A stretch of 64,000 bases of DNA from Candidatus Hydrogenedentota bacterium (GTDB taxonomy: Bacteria; Hydrogenedentota; Hydrogenedentia; Hydrogenedentales; SLHB01): the NCBI GenBank assembly GCA_045863295.1, contig BTWA01000015.1, forward strand, positions 32,001 through 96,000, read 5' to 3'. The translations under genes and the position numbers were made by a program. A model generated the notes under the pieces. It did not search any database. It was not told the origin of the DNA and worked only from the letters and a program-made list of their open reading frames with translations. Position 1 is the first letter of the stretch; each line of letters starts with the position of its first letter. This document shows positions 51,201-60,500 of this stretch, one piece after another.

Positions 51201-54200
51201 CTCTTCACGGATGGCTTTCTTAGATCGTGGCTTTGCTTTCACTCCAACTTTGGCCGCTTTAGTGTCATCTGTAACCGGCTTTTCGCTTTCAACTTGCGCT
51301 ACCTCTGGCGCTTTTGATGACACGGATTGTGTCTCAACTCCGGCACTTGGAAACTCTTTGACCATAGGCAAGATTTTCGCAATCGGCTTATTGAACCGGA
51401 TAACGCGCAATCGAGATTTCCCGTCTTTGATGGCGGCGGCCCATTGGTGATGACCGTCGATCACGTAGTTGTCCGAGGACACGAGGATAGCCCGATCCCC
51501 ATCATTGAACTTTTGTGCAGCCCGCACCTTAGCCGGCGAATACTCGGCCTGGGTCGCCTTCAGTTCGTCCGGCGCCACTTCCACGGATTCATGTTCGACG
51601 TCGCGCGCACCAAGAAACTGAGTCAAAGCCCCTCGATGCTCGGCCTTTACCTGTGGCATGTCTTTTCGCGAGACATTCAGCGGCTTGAACATCTGAGGGA
51701 ACGGCCGCCACCCCACTCCACCAACTTTAAGCTCCGATCCTCCAATAGCCTTGCCGGTCGGTTTTTCGGTACCGGGTTTGGTCGTCACAGCGCCAAGCGC
51801 CGCGTCTATACGAGCCATGGCGGCGCGGCGGCGGTCATTCAGCTTCCTATTCTCCGCCGCCTTCGCCTCCGCCTGTTCCAGAGTGACCTGTGGAGACGCT
51901 TTCTTGATGTCCTCCGCTGTCTCCGGCGTCTCGCGAATCCCTTCCTCTAACCGTCCCCGCATCGAACGTGCGCCTGTCGGAGTCAAGCGATCCCTGTCAG
52001 TCCGCTTCGCACGCGCCTCCGCCGCCAACGCCATGCCCTCCGGCGTTGCGGATGCCTGATACTCCCAATTCCTCAACTCCGGCCCAGTTAAACCGGCCGC
52101 TTCATTCGCACTCATCGACATCGGATCGAGTCGCGTGGAATCCTCCCCGGTCACGCCGGCGGCGCTCGGTTGGGCAGTCGCCTCGTAGGAAGGCGCATTA
52201 ACCGATTGTGGCGCCGCCGGTGCAACCTCGGGAGTCCTCATTGAAAGCGCTTGCGCAGGCTCCTCGGGCGTGGTGTTGGGCGTTACCGCTTCCGGCCCTT
52301 GGACTTGCCCTTGCATTTCTTCATCGAAACCACCTCCTTGTAGTTGGTTAGACGAGGTATCCTGTCCCCCGCTTGTGAGTACATTTGCTACTATATGAGC
52401 GGTTTGTGGTGCGTTTGTGGGTACAATCCCGGGCGTGATTTTGCCACGGGCGGTCCGTACCGCTTCCTGGAGACGTTTCTTGGCTCCCTTGCCACGATAC
52501 TGCTTGTCGCCCGCATCGATCCCCAGTTCCGCCCGCATGTCGCCCATGCTCATGACGTCTATATCGGGCAGTTCCCCTTCGTCGACGGCATCGTCGCGGT
52601 ACGAGTATTCGAATTCTCCGATCGGCTCTTCGTCCGTGGCTGGCGCGGCGGGATGTACCGTTCCGTCCAACAGGTCCACGGCCGCGAACTCTTTCGATGG
52701 ATCGGGTTCTGCTATGGCTCCGAATACGGCCTTGGCCGCATCATCGCTCACCGCCTGATCGAATAGCGTATACAGCGTATCGGCGCGTTCATCGGGTTTC
52801 ATGCCGATCACTTGGTCACGAGGCATGCCAAAGGCTTGAAGACCCCTGATAATTGGCCTGTGACGCCGTACATTCTGGGCCAGGAAGACAGCGGGCGAGT
52901 ATGGAGTGTCGGACCCCTTGGCCAACATCATACCAAGTGCAAGGTCCGGAGCCGCTTGTCCGAATTCCCACACTTGTTCGGGAATATCGGCTCGTTGCAG
53001 ACGATCATGAAGGTCGCGGCGTAATCGGGCATCCTGTGCCGCTTTGAATAGCGGGCTCGCCGCATACGAACCGCCTCGAAACAGCGCCGTACCCAACACC
53101 ACTTCTGGAAGCGAGTCCACCCAACCTTGCAAGGCCGGTTTTAGATTGGACCAAGATACGCTCTCGTAATCATTATTGAGGTTAAGTAGACCCTCAAGAA
53201 TCTGTTGCGAGCTTTCCTCAACCAGCGCTTCAGTTGCCACATCGTGGACACCAACGGCCCGTGTAAACTTCTTGGTCGCATTTCCAAGCGCAACGGCGTT
53301 GTCCGGAACCTTCAGCTTACTCATCGCTTTCCGGATTTGAGATGGCATCACCCTGGCCGCGCCTTGTTTCACAAGGTTCTCCGCAGCCTCGCCCGCACCA
53401 ACAAACCCAAGCTTTCGCGCTGCACCCCTGCCAAGCTTGCCGAGCCCGCCACCCACCAGGTCGCCAAGAAAAGTCTCGATTGTAAAAGCAAGTACGGCAC
53501 CAGTTATCGCTTTTGGAGCTGCCTCGTACCATGGAGCCGCTTCTTGCCGCAACACCATATTGCCATTCGAGTCGATCGTGGCGTCGTCACTTCTAAGTTC
53601 GTAATAGCGGGTCAATGTTTCTGGCAGAACAAACCCGACGCCAAGCGTGCGTTTTCCGAGCGCTATACCGCCTGCATATCCAATCATTTCGTCCGCGGTA
53701 TTGCCGGCCATACCCAATACCGTAGAACCCCGCTCATTTCGTTCCTGTCCAGCGCGTATCGAAATAGCGGCACGTTCCTGGGCAACCTCATACAATCGCC
53801 GCTCCAATGCTTGCCGGGTTTCCGGTGTGCGTTCTTTCGTAAAGGCCCTATAGACCTCGTCTTCTGTGTCTCCAGAGATATGATGAAAGGCGGATTTCAA
53901 GTCACCATCGTCCAATTCGCGGATGTTCTGAAAGCCCGTTTCTTGGTTGCCTAGATGCTTGGCCTGTGCGACCGTCCTGCGCGACAACCCAAAAGGTTCG
54001 TATCGCGCAAATGTCTTACCAACGATCCCCGTGTTGGATTCCTTTAACCCAGTCGCCGCCTCGATCGACGCTTGTCGAGTTTCTGTGAAACCCATTTTTC
54101 CCTTCGGTTTGCCTTCCGGGGGTTCGAATTCGGGCTTAATTGGACGGAAGGCGCCTTCACCAGCCTTTCGCTGACTAAGCGGAATGTAGTCTGGTGCGGC

Positions 54201-54485
54201 TGAAACGAGCTTGTAACTGTCCAATTCCGGATCGTCTGCAGACACAAGACTGAATCGTTTTTCGGGTGTTGTCGACGCTTCAACAGGCCGAATTCCGCTT
54301 CGGTTACGAGTAACGTACCGTGGATCGGCTGTCGCAAGGTTTTGCTTTCTTAAATCAGGATCGTCAGCTGAAATAAGAGAGAAGCGCGGACTATTCGCCG
54401 AGGTCGTCATATTATTGGGCGCACGAAGTATACTTGTATCGTCATCAGCAACTTCGTCAGCCGGGATAAGTGTAATCGGACTCAT
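45237..54485 (-). CDS. Giant polyvalent virion-ejected protein (3082 aa) with ParB/Srx-like, HExxH zincin-like and BECR-nuclease-like modules and a PLxRFG-like C-terminal region
   Basis: ILVSSDNYVIDGHHQW; TLRHELLHW; KHLIW...KWLPNVPNTL...IYVREY; HYMPRIRKDGRY; last gene of the virion module. Confidence 0.8.
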   Translation of the reverse strand: MSPITLIPADEVADDDTSILRAPNNMTTSANSPRFSLISADDPDLRKQNLATADPRYVTRNRSGIRPVEASTTPEKRFSLVSADDPELDSYKLVSAAPDYIPLSQRKAGEGAFRPIKPEFEPPEGKPKGKMGFTETRQASIEAATGLKESNTGIVGKTFARYEPFGLSRRTVAQAKHLGNQETGFQNIRELDDGDLKSAFHHISGDTEDEVYRAFTKERTPETRQALERRLYEVAQERAAISIRAGQERNERGSTVLGMAGNTADEMIGYAGGIALGKRTLGVGFVLPETLTRYYELRSDDATIDSNGNMVLRQEAAPWYEAAPKAITGAVLAFTIETFLGDLVGGGLGKLGRGAARKLGFVGAGEAAENLVKQGAARVMPSQIRKAMSKLKVPDNAVALGNATKKFTRAVGVHDVATEALVEESSQQILEGLLNLNNDYESVSWSNLKPALQGWVDSLPEVVLGTALFRGGSYAASPLFKAAQDARLRRDLHDRLQRADIPEQVWEFGQAAPDLALGMMLAKGSDTPYSPAVFLAQNVRRHRPIIRGLQAFGMPRDQVIGMKPDERADTLYTLFDQAVSDDAAKAVFGAIAEPDPSKEFAAVDLLDGTVHPAAPATDEEPIGEFEYSYRDDAVDEGELPDIDVMSMGDMRAELGIDAGDKQYRGKGAKKRLQEAVRTARGKITPGIVPTNAPQTAHIVANVLTSGGQDTSSNQLQGGGFDEEMQGQVQGPEAVTPNTTPEEPAQALSMRTPEVAPAAPQSVNAPSYEATAQPSAAGVTGEDSTRLDPMSMSANEAAGLTGPELRNWEYQASATPEGMALAAEARAKRTDRDRLTPTGARSMRGRLEEGIRETPETAEDIKKASPQVTLEQAEAKAAENRKLNDRRRAAMARIDAALGAVTTKPGTEKPTGKAIGGSELKVGGVGWRPFPQMFKPLNVSRKDMPQVKAEHRGALTQFLGARDVEHESVEVAPDELKATQAEYSPAKVRAAQKFNDGDRAILVSSDNYVIDGHHQWAAAIKDGKSRLRVIRFNKPIAKILPMVKEFPSAGVETQSVSSKAPEVAQVESEKPVTDDTKAAKVGVKAKPRSKKAIREELKSARKRARKLAKAQGSKASEAHQAVVQRIADLQAELVEAIGRSRGRKRPSAATPLQEFRNTIRDAGLKPPTDLTADDFGAPEARNFGFPPGVIRKDGMYTWDEAIQEAAEMGLLRTDADPSELRRLFLGRAREATDKEIEKSYQEYDSRQPQKTAEERAKQEIASLKLSDPQLLTEDELATGDLVYRNGEWYRADEEPWGGTELLDGERISLDDGQGFEGVEIVKTSSDLYPYALEEYQQQEADRVKVNEAKAAANKPDAKSEQKAAKTSAPKPGSRTADAKPRQDKELQEVVPEPATTLSQDAQDAIRLYGSKSKAAEKVRAQRDVLKRTERPTEEVDALLDELEGQEQTALFDDSKADRGPKPEKGGQPDMFSVARMDAAYRGDLRTAPSGQLTQEDILRALPGATVREVDGEFEITAKNGSTLLLRVVDMIYPTPSYLNKIRKTNHELKDKSDAELREMGIAGYFKAVELEDGQGNRIDAADLILIANEAGQLPTDTLRHELLHWARALGLFTDAEWSALAGKYAGDIPVPGDTATKEEIAEYHKQQEERIAKALQTRPGILRRIQMLFRRLFARLRGNGAIVAGINAELEFRNGRLFARKPGMKGIGAAFSVGDRLRDTKDFPVDDVKPRSLDITGVPAKVIERAGREFMSWPETISAADGTAVLLHNTEEGSLAKRVKHLIWDNSKKSLDLSKAKWLPNVPNTLQNAAAVLRDPESGNDIYVREYNDNTKHMVVVSKDGQVVDQGIPGGRLITQFPYGTKGPGKQGNFRIQWERNGIGRTPENPNPATPASTIPGSRQAPFQENDTTESGDPQGPMFSVGNRLRDVDADFPLDDNELQWNMRVERERNATGRTPENPSATPSASMIPDSQRTGFQKDDTTEGPDAQGPMFSVVYGPAMTAKQQEQADSSKAWAWKVFGKAKELAAAIRAAFSDTDGRPELGLISQIAGTPLWNAEKVPQLKELWGIIDRMRDNAVDLVEFVTGGLGPDGELSHLRAIAMVTPSDVKAPNAAWSRIRKEYKALNQYLFERDRNGEGYLVKDEDGKYVVLSMPDENGKRRELARFSNEQEAWDNAWVRESHDYKAAGHSKRAARALLAVRRMNGNVYNIFANDVMVAEELRRQNGEPEGTTSIYNDDGSREILTLREALKRMGDRRGHYMPRIRKDGRYHLFAEKEGENPRRQHYDTKIGRAVGKAVLHARGYETENRLTNKPSEKVFGELDIANLNEVFETAIDRVRESTNDEASFESLGMRAQVVKYKRKDGKSERHLVIVAPKTPANDRIMMEFGGHRYGKESDSTRAELGLTENDPGVWHFERPNRGLQGDILSRFSHHSVNSAFVSLYTQGVAQGLADVLHSRGSRSRKIGRNDAKGKAVYLGYDEDAYRAVVSTAAAAASGSARAIMRRDAMNVVMGTTESLEQYFQRNKPDGFDEMDREEKADERLQLYREYRRQVRERRLSSAKQPLAYEEAMSLLHEVLRNEEELERIMGVLRGLTSYKMLSSPSSAAYNLSALALVVPPGIATLTDTNIVAAGMLTAKAANAYTAYWTLGTATEEDREILDEIRRRRWDNDDYAQEMTRNVNALGRGYTMATNTIMFPFSKAEQLNRGATIMATYKILRKKGLEKDEAFREARNISDKIHSRFGKENLPYLMRGGGVAPQVLRNAYLFQGFMLNHIQLLGHTLKKRDWPSLLWLSVAPIMVAGLEGGVVAGAASMILKPIIRAAFRAFGGEPPDEPYYALYEWIANKFGVRAERVVRTGALGLLNIDARGTLGFTPAISGNVFELAGAPMAAVGDVSSGLKKAAGGDIAMAAELAGPRATSNLFKAYREYMYGVTKGNGSPVFFGKEQIQPSLYATLLRSAGFNPAEISEKREILWDEGTIQRLYSNQDGTGIKDRIRDRVKRYSLKRDNPPESWEDIQEDIRTVNAQINAQQYRKGLVPFITGDTVRRWINNMEEAPRSEKTRDQDVPQKMPDFNFRPAWAK

Positions 54486-55646
54486 TCACTCCTCCTTTAG
54501 AAAGTACTTCTTGCCATCCTGCCAGACGTACCAGCGGCCAGTGTCCATATCTACCATGGCATCCGGATACGACTTGCGGATGTTCGATTCAAGCGCTTCT
54601 TGCGCCATCTGTGTAGTTATTTTTTTGGGCTGGATTGATTCTTCAGACGATTCTTCCGCCGATTCGGCCGACGCTGCGCCTTTCCAGATTCCAAGCCTAT
54701 TTGCTACCTCACGGTACAATGTGGCGTCGTCTATATCCGGATCGTATTCCCGTATATCGTTCAATGCCTTATGAAAATCCTTGGCCATCTGCGTATGCTT
54801 TTTTTCATCATCGAGAAACCCGCTTGTATCGACTCCGTACTTTTGAGCTCGATTCATTGCCTCGGTAAAATAGGTCTTAGACGGCCTTCCTTTGATCGGT
54901 TCCAAGTCCGCTATGTCCTTCGTTTCCTGGTACCGCTTCAGAGATTCCGGAGTGTACTTGCCGTACATCGACATTCGTTCCCGTCGTTGCCCTTCAACGG
55001 TGCGTCCGAGGGCATCGGAGAATTCACGGTTCTTATCGAATGCGAGACGGTCCTTACCAAGTTGAATGTCGGCATCCATACCTTCCTGCCGCAAGGCCAG
55101 TTCTTGTTGTGCCCGTGCCTCGTCTTGGGCCATGCGTTGTTCCTGGAGGTCCAACCCTTTCTCCCGCAACACATTGTCGGCTTCATGCAACCGCCCACGG
55201 ATGGCGAGTTCCACCAAAGTGCGGTTCCGTTGCCAGATGCGTTCGTCTTGTTGTTCCAACCGGTTGGCGAGCTGGTCCCGCACACCAAACGTGGTCAACG
55301 TCTGCGCCTTTGCCCCTTGCATCGCCCGTCGCCGGATTCCCATGGCAGTGCCGCCCGGTGTCGTCGGACCTACTCCAGGCGATAGCGCGGATATCATTGC
55401 CGCCTCGGACGCCGAGTCCTGCAGCGCATCCCGCTCGCCCACGCCCTGCATGCGCGTCATGTAGGTCACATCCGGTACCGGTGGACCGCCACCCGGGCGC
55501 GTGCTTTTCAACTGCCGTGGCATGGGCGGAGTGGTAGCCGATGGTGTGGCCTGGGCCATGCCTGGATCTGCCGATGGCACGGCCGCAGCCGAAGCTCGGC
55601 GCGTAGACTGTATCCGGCGCCGCTGGTGGTAAGGTGTCTCGAACAT
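54486..55646 (-). CDS. Putative phage ejection/internal virion protein
   Basis: AGGAGA RBS before MFETPY; Gln/Arg/Ala-rich coiled coil; abuts the giant gene. Confidence 0.65.
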   Translation of the reverse strand: MFETPYHQRRRIQSTRRASAAAVPSADPGMAQATPSATTPPMPRQLKSTRPGGGPPVPDVTYMTRMQGVGERDALQDSASEAAMISALSPGVGPTTPGGTAMGIRRRAMQGAKAQTLTTFGVRDQLANRLEQQDERIWQRNRTLVELAIRGRLHEADNVLREKGLDLQEQRMAQDEARAQQELALRQEGMDADIQLGKDRLAFDKNREFSDALGRTVEGQRRERMSMYGKYTPESLKRYQETKDIADLEPIKGRPSKTYFTEAMNRAQKYGVDTSGFLDDEKKHTQMAKDFHKALNDIREYDPDIDDATLYREVANRLGIWKGAASAESAEESSEESIQPKKITTQMAQEALESNIRKSYPDAMVDMDTGRWYVWQDGKKYFLKEE

Positions 55647-55659
55647 GAAAGGTCTCCTG

Positions 55660-56892
55660 TTAGTCGCCTGTACCGACAAGGCCGACGTACTCTTTTTCCG
55701 GGTCAGCGGCGGCGCCGGCATAAAGAAATCCGCTGAACAAATACGGGTTCCCATCCGGGGACCCTGGGCGGTCAAAATAGGGTGAAGCGTTCTGGCTTAT
55801 GGTCTTGCCGTCTTCGCTGTAGGAAGCAAACGAACCTGGCAATGTGGGTTCATACACCGCAACCAGATACAGTTCGTCCGGGTCTCCTAAATCCACATCC
55901 ACATCAATGGCGAAATAATCAGCGGGCATCGAATCCGGAGAAGGGTGCGCATCGGGAGTGCCTGCATATGTTTTCGAGGACAAGAGCGTATGAGAAAAGA
56001 CCTCGCTCCACGATCGAGCCGAAGGCGACAACGCCTGCTGTGTTTCGAACGCCGCCTGGGTCACCTGGTACAAAGACCAGGTGCCTGCCCATTGACTGGA
56101 AACCTTGGTATAAGTTCCGCTTAGGTAGGATTCGTACCGTGGATCGGTTTCTTCCAATGCCACACTGAACCAGAGTTTGTGACTATACGGACGTTCCGCT
56201 GCCTGTGAACTGCCGTCATACACACACTTAATCCACCGTTGAATGCGTCTGTACTGCCAGGAGCCCGCCAATCCAGGTCCGTCCGTGGCGTTCCTGTATG
56301 AGAGAGCGGTACCGGCGTTTCCGATAGTCTCGGCAGAAAATGAGGATTGAGTGCTGGATATGGTGAACCCTTCCGAAGTGTCAACCGTTATAGTCCGCCG
56401 CAAGTACCGAATTCCTTTGTGGAAAGAAATCACCACGTCCTCGGGCACGGACAAGAGGGCCTGGATCGCCAGAATGATGTCATCCCACTTTTCCGGAAGG
56501 TCTAAGTCACCAAGGGCTTCGGGATATGTAAGCGGACCGGCCACGGTGAATGGGGTGGCATCGTGCTTGTCCAGTGCGTACACCTGGGAGTCAATGATGG
56601 TTTCTAACGCCGCCTGCATCTCGGGTATCAGTAGGTCCCTGATCCGATCCCTGGGAAATGGCGGTACTTCCAACGCGGCAAGCGCGTCCGGATTGCTCGT
56701 GTCGGCGATACCGGTGAACACAGTCTCTGTCAGTCCTGCGAAGGCCTCACGCCCACTGATCTCTTCCAGGAGTTGCATCCAGACCTTGCTTGGATACCAG
56801 TTGTGCATACCGAGGGACGGGTTATCCGTCTTACGGAACCTGATCCACTCCGTTTCCCCGTAGTCGTATATGTCGCCGCCAACGCCTGGCAT
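55660..56892 (-). CDS. Hypothetical phage virion protein
   Basis: 410-aa ORF coupled to the upstream gene by TGATG; aromatic, beta-rich C-terminal half. Confidence 0.65.
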   Translation of the reverse strand: MPGVGGDIYDYGETEWIRFRKTDNPSLGMHNWYPSKVWMQLLEEISGREAFAGLTETVFTGIADTSNPDALAALEVPPFPRDRIRDLLIPEMQAALETIIDSQVYALDKHDATPFTVAGPLTYPEALGDLDLPEKWDDIILAIQALLSVPEDVVISFHKGIRYLRRTITVDTSEGFTISSTQSSFSAETIGNAGTALSYRNATDGPGLAGSWQYRRIQRWIKCVYDGSSQAAERPYSHKLWFSVALEETDPRYESYLSGTYTKVSSQWAGTWSLYQVTQAAFETQQALSPSARSWSEVFSHTLLSSKTYAGTPDAHPSPDSMPADYFAIDVDVDLGDPDELYLVAVYEPTLPGSFASYSEDGKTISQNASPYFDRPGSPDGNPYLFSGFLYAGAAADPEKEYVGLVGTGD

Positions 56893-57548
56893 CAGACCGC
56901 ACTCCCTACTTCACCGGTTTTTGTCACGAAGTCGCTGCAGGCCCTCCAGACCGCCCGGTACTGGTCGCCAAACCACAATCCTTCCGGAGTGGCAATAAGG
57001 AATGGTCTCCCCGGAATCTCGGGAAACACTTCTCCAGTCTGATACTGAGGAATTTCGAACCCCGACCCGGATTGTTCCCAGTTCACTGGCAAGTCACCTA
57101 CAACCAACTCTGTACGCGATCGATGCACGGTCATTACATCGGGATCCGAGATACGCGCATCGGGCGTTTTGGCCACAACCACTTCGGACCCATCCTCCTC
57201 TGTGACCGGGTTGTAGAACTTGCAGAGATAATGCGTGCCTTCATCGGACAGGATGCGAACGTACCGGTGAATAGGAAATTTGGCTTTAAGTAAGTCAATC
57301 TCTTTCTGGAGTTTCCGCGCTTTGCGTTCAAGCTCCTCGATGCGCTTGCGCAGACTGGTATCGTCGTAGGCGTCCGTTTCTTCCGCGTCGGTACCAGACT
57401 TGATTCCGGCCAGTTCCTGCCAAAGCTCTTCGATGCCCGCCTGTAAACTGGCCACGTGATCGGCCACCGCCTGGTCCGCGATTCCGCTGACCCCTTCAAA
57501 CCCGGGACCCACCATCTTCGGCCGCTGCCGTACGATCTCGTCGCTCAT
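56892..57548 (-). CDS. Hypothetical phage tail-associated coiled-coil protein
   Basis: ATGA overlap with the nozzle gene; LRKRIEELERKARKLQKEIDLLK coiled coil. Confidence 0.65.
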   Translation of the reverse strand: MSDEIVRQRPKMVGPGFEGVSGIADQAVADHVASLQAGIEELWQELAGIKSGTDAEETDAYDDTSLRKRIEELERKARKLQKEIDLLKAKFPIHRYVRILSDEGTHYLCKFYNPVTEEDGSEVVVAKTPDARISDPDVMTVHRSRTELVVGDLPVNWEQSGSGFEIPQYQTGEVFPEIPGRPFLIATPEGLWFGDQYRAVWRACSDFVTKTGEVGSAV

Positions 57549-60500
57549 CGCCGGATCGCCTCCAGGCTCATCCCTAAAGCCAGTTCATGCACTTGCGTGG
57601 TCGATGGGTAGATCACGTCTACTTTCACTTGCCGGTCCGGTCGCATGCGCGGCAACCAGATCGACCTCCCATCGTGCGCGCTCGATGTCAACAGAACGGC
57701 ACCGGCTGCGCTCGTGAACCGGACTTGAACGGGGTACGCGTCTGCTGTGACACGCATGGTTGCGAATGCGGCCGGCGATGGAAACAGCACATACTTGCCA
57801 AACCAGCTCCACGGCTCGCGATCGCGCGTGATGAATACCACCCCGTTCTTGACCGGGTACCATTCACGGGCGAGCAACACAAGGGAGTCGATGTTGGCTG
57901 TTCCCGGGTCAATGTCTATATCCCATCCCTTGCCATTAGGAAGGCTTGCGCTGAATTCCGCCTCGTCAGCGCTGGTCACGGACAGGGTTTGTTGCACAGC
58001 CCCGTCCAGAATGAGTCGTATGGGAATTGGGTAAGCACTGGCGGCCAATCGCGCCCCGGACCAGCTCCCCGTATCCTTGAACTCGCCGTGAATATTCCGC
58101 CATGCAACCCGCCCGTTCCCTGGAATGACGAGGCCTCCGCCTTCTACGGGCCGGGAATCTTCTCCGAACATGTAAGCCGCACTTACAAGATGGTCTTCGC
58201 CCGCGAAATCGAATTGGACCGTGCGCACGTGATACGTGTTGTCAATCCGGACTTCGGTGTTGTCCGAAACCGTGAACCGCTTCGTACGCGTCGTGGCGTC
58301 GTTCACGTACAGGTCCAGGGAGACGGTCTCTGATGTACTCACCTTAAAGCTGCGCGGGATCCAGGGAGCTGCGAATTCGAATATCCCGTACATCCAGGAC
58401 GGAAAAAGGGCACTCCCTACCCGGGATTCAATCACGTCTCGCGCGGGTATGTGCACATATGGCATGAGGGTCACCACCCCAACGTCCGCCGTCGTCTCAA
58501 TGTCGACTTCATACGTGGAGGCCTTTGGCATGGATTTCGGTAGCGTGAACGCGTGGCCAACCACAACTCGTTTGCTCAACACCAGGTCGCCGTCTGCATA
58601 GAAGTGCAACCACACCGGGTTGGAAACCAGGTCTGGATCGGAGGCCTGTGCTGGCGCAGCCACAAACCCGCATGCGAAGGCGTTCGGAAACGTAAACCGG
58701 AACACGTTCTTGCGCAATCCCGGCCCGGTAATGACGGCAGGCTGTCCCTCGGCCAGAATCCTCGGTTGTTTGAAATAAACGTTCGCCCGCTTGACCAGGT
58801 GATCGTTTCCGCCGAAATCGAACGAGTACTCGCTGGTACCGGCCACGGCCGTAAACCGCACTTCTCCCGGTTCGGTCACGGAAATGGTTTCTGTGGGTTC
58901 TGTATCTCCATCCTTGAACACCCGGAAGGGTATTGGGTACGACTCTGCGAAAACGTCCACGGATGTCGGCGTCATTCGGTCGATGGACTGCCACTTGGTG
59001 AACAGCCAGGGCGACACCCCGGCCTCTGGCCGTACCAGGGGCAGAATATCCCCTGCAAAACTCTCGCGCCGCCACGGGATGAGCAACAGACGAAATACCC
59101 GGGCCTGGGTGTAGATGGACCGAATCCAATTGGCCGCGCGTGGCAGGGATCGTGGAAATTGGAATACAAACCCGTTTGCAATCATTTGATCGAACACGAC
59201 GGCGCCGTCAGCGGTCAGTTCAAGGCGCACGCTCTCGTAATTCGTAGCGCCGATGGCTCCGCACGCAAATCCGCCACGGTCCGGAAACTTGTAATGGACG
59301 CCGATGAGGGAGTCCGGATCCGTCTCGTCTATCCCACCGTCAGAGACATTCCGTTCCACCCGCACCTTGATGGCGATGTCCCTGATTTCGTGGTCCTTGT
59401 CGCTGGCCACGTCGAATTCGACACAGCCGGTGAGTAGAGACGACGCGATCGCGTGTTCATGCGGGCCCGACACGGTCACGGAAAGGGTAGCCGTCTCAGC
59501 CCGGTCGTAATACAGGTTGATGGTCTGCGGATAGGCGTCCGCTTCCACCGTGATGGCCTGTAGGGCAGTGGGTTTCTCCAACTCGTACACCTTGCCTGCC
59601 CAGGGTGGAATCGGACCGTCGTTCAACTCGCGAATGACGGCGCCGGCCGGTACCTGTTGACGCCGCACCAGTACCAGTCGATCGATCGCCTTGTCGCAAT
59701 GGGCGTCCACCATCCACAACCGGCCGCGCCGCGTGCCTCGCGCGAACTTCTGGTACCCGGTACCCGTCGTGGTCACTGCCGCCGCAGGCGCACCGTCTGC
59801 GAACAGGCGCACGTCCGTTTCACCGCCGTGTTGCGCCACCACCTGAATTCCAGAGAGCCGGTCCGGTTGCCCCATGTTCACCCAAATGGACCGCCAGGTC
59901 CCTACTCGATCCGGAGTCAGTTCAAGCGTACCGCCGTCCATGGAAAGAATGGACCGTTCATAGGCTTCGAATCGGCGCACCACGCCAACACTGCGCATAT
60001 GGAAATACCATTCATACGCGGCCGTAACCTCGCTGTCGTCGGCAGGATTTGTTACGAGAGGAATGGGATCCTTGCCGGTGACTTCCAGTGTCTTGATCAG
60101 CACGCCGTCCGCGTATACGTCCAGCGAAACGGTCTCTGTGCCGTCTACCCGGAAGTGGTCAAAGACGACGGGCGTGTCATAGAGAAAGACCTGGGACCGG
60201 AATTCCCACGCCGCCGGCGTCAAGGAATCGTACGTGGTGATGCTTACTCCGTTCCGGAGATCGATACAAAGGTTTCGCCGGCTATCCGATTCTGTCGTGT
60301 ATTCGACCAGTATGCAGTTGTCCACGGTCTTGCACGTCATGTGCTCGGGAGAAAGCGCCATCCACTGGGCGCGCGTGTAATGATCCTTGGTGATGATCTG
60401 CGGGGCTCCGCCGTTGCTGGCCGCCAACCCGCCCTGGGTCGGCCAGAACACCGTTTGCCCAATCCGGCATAGACCGCGCACGTTCAGAAGCGGGTGCGTA

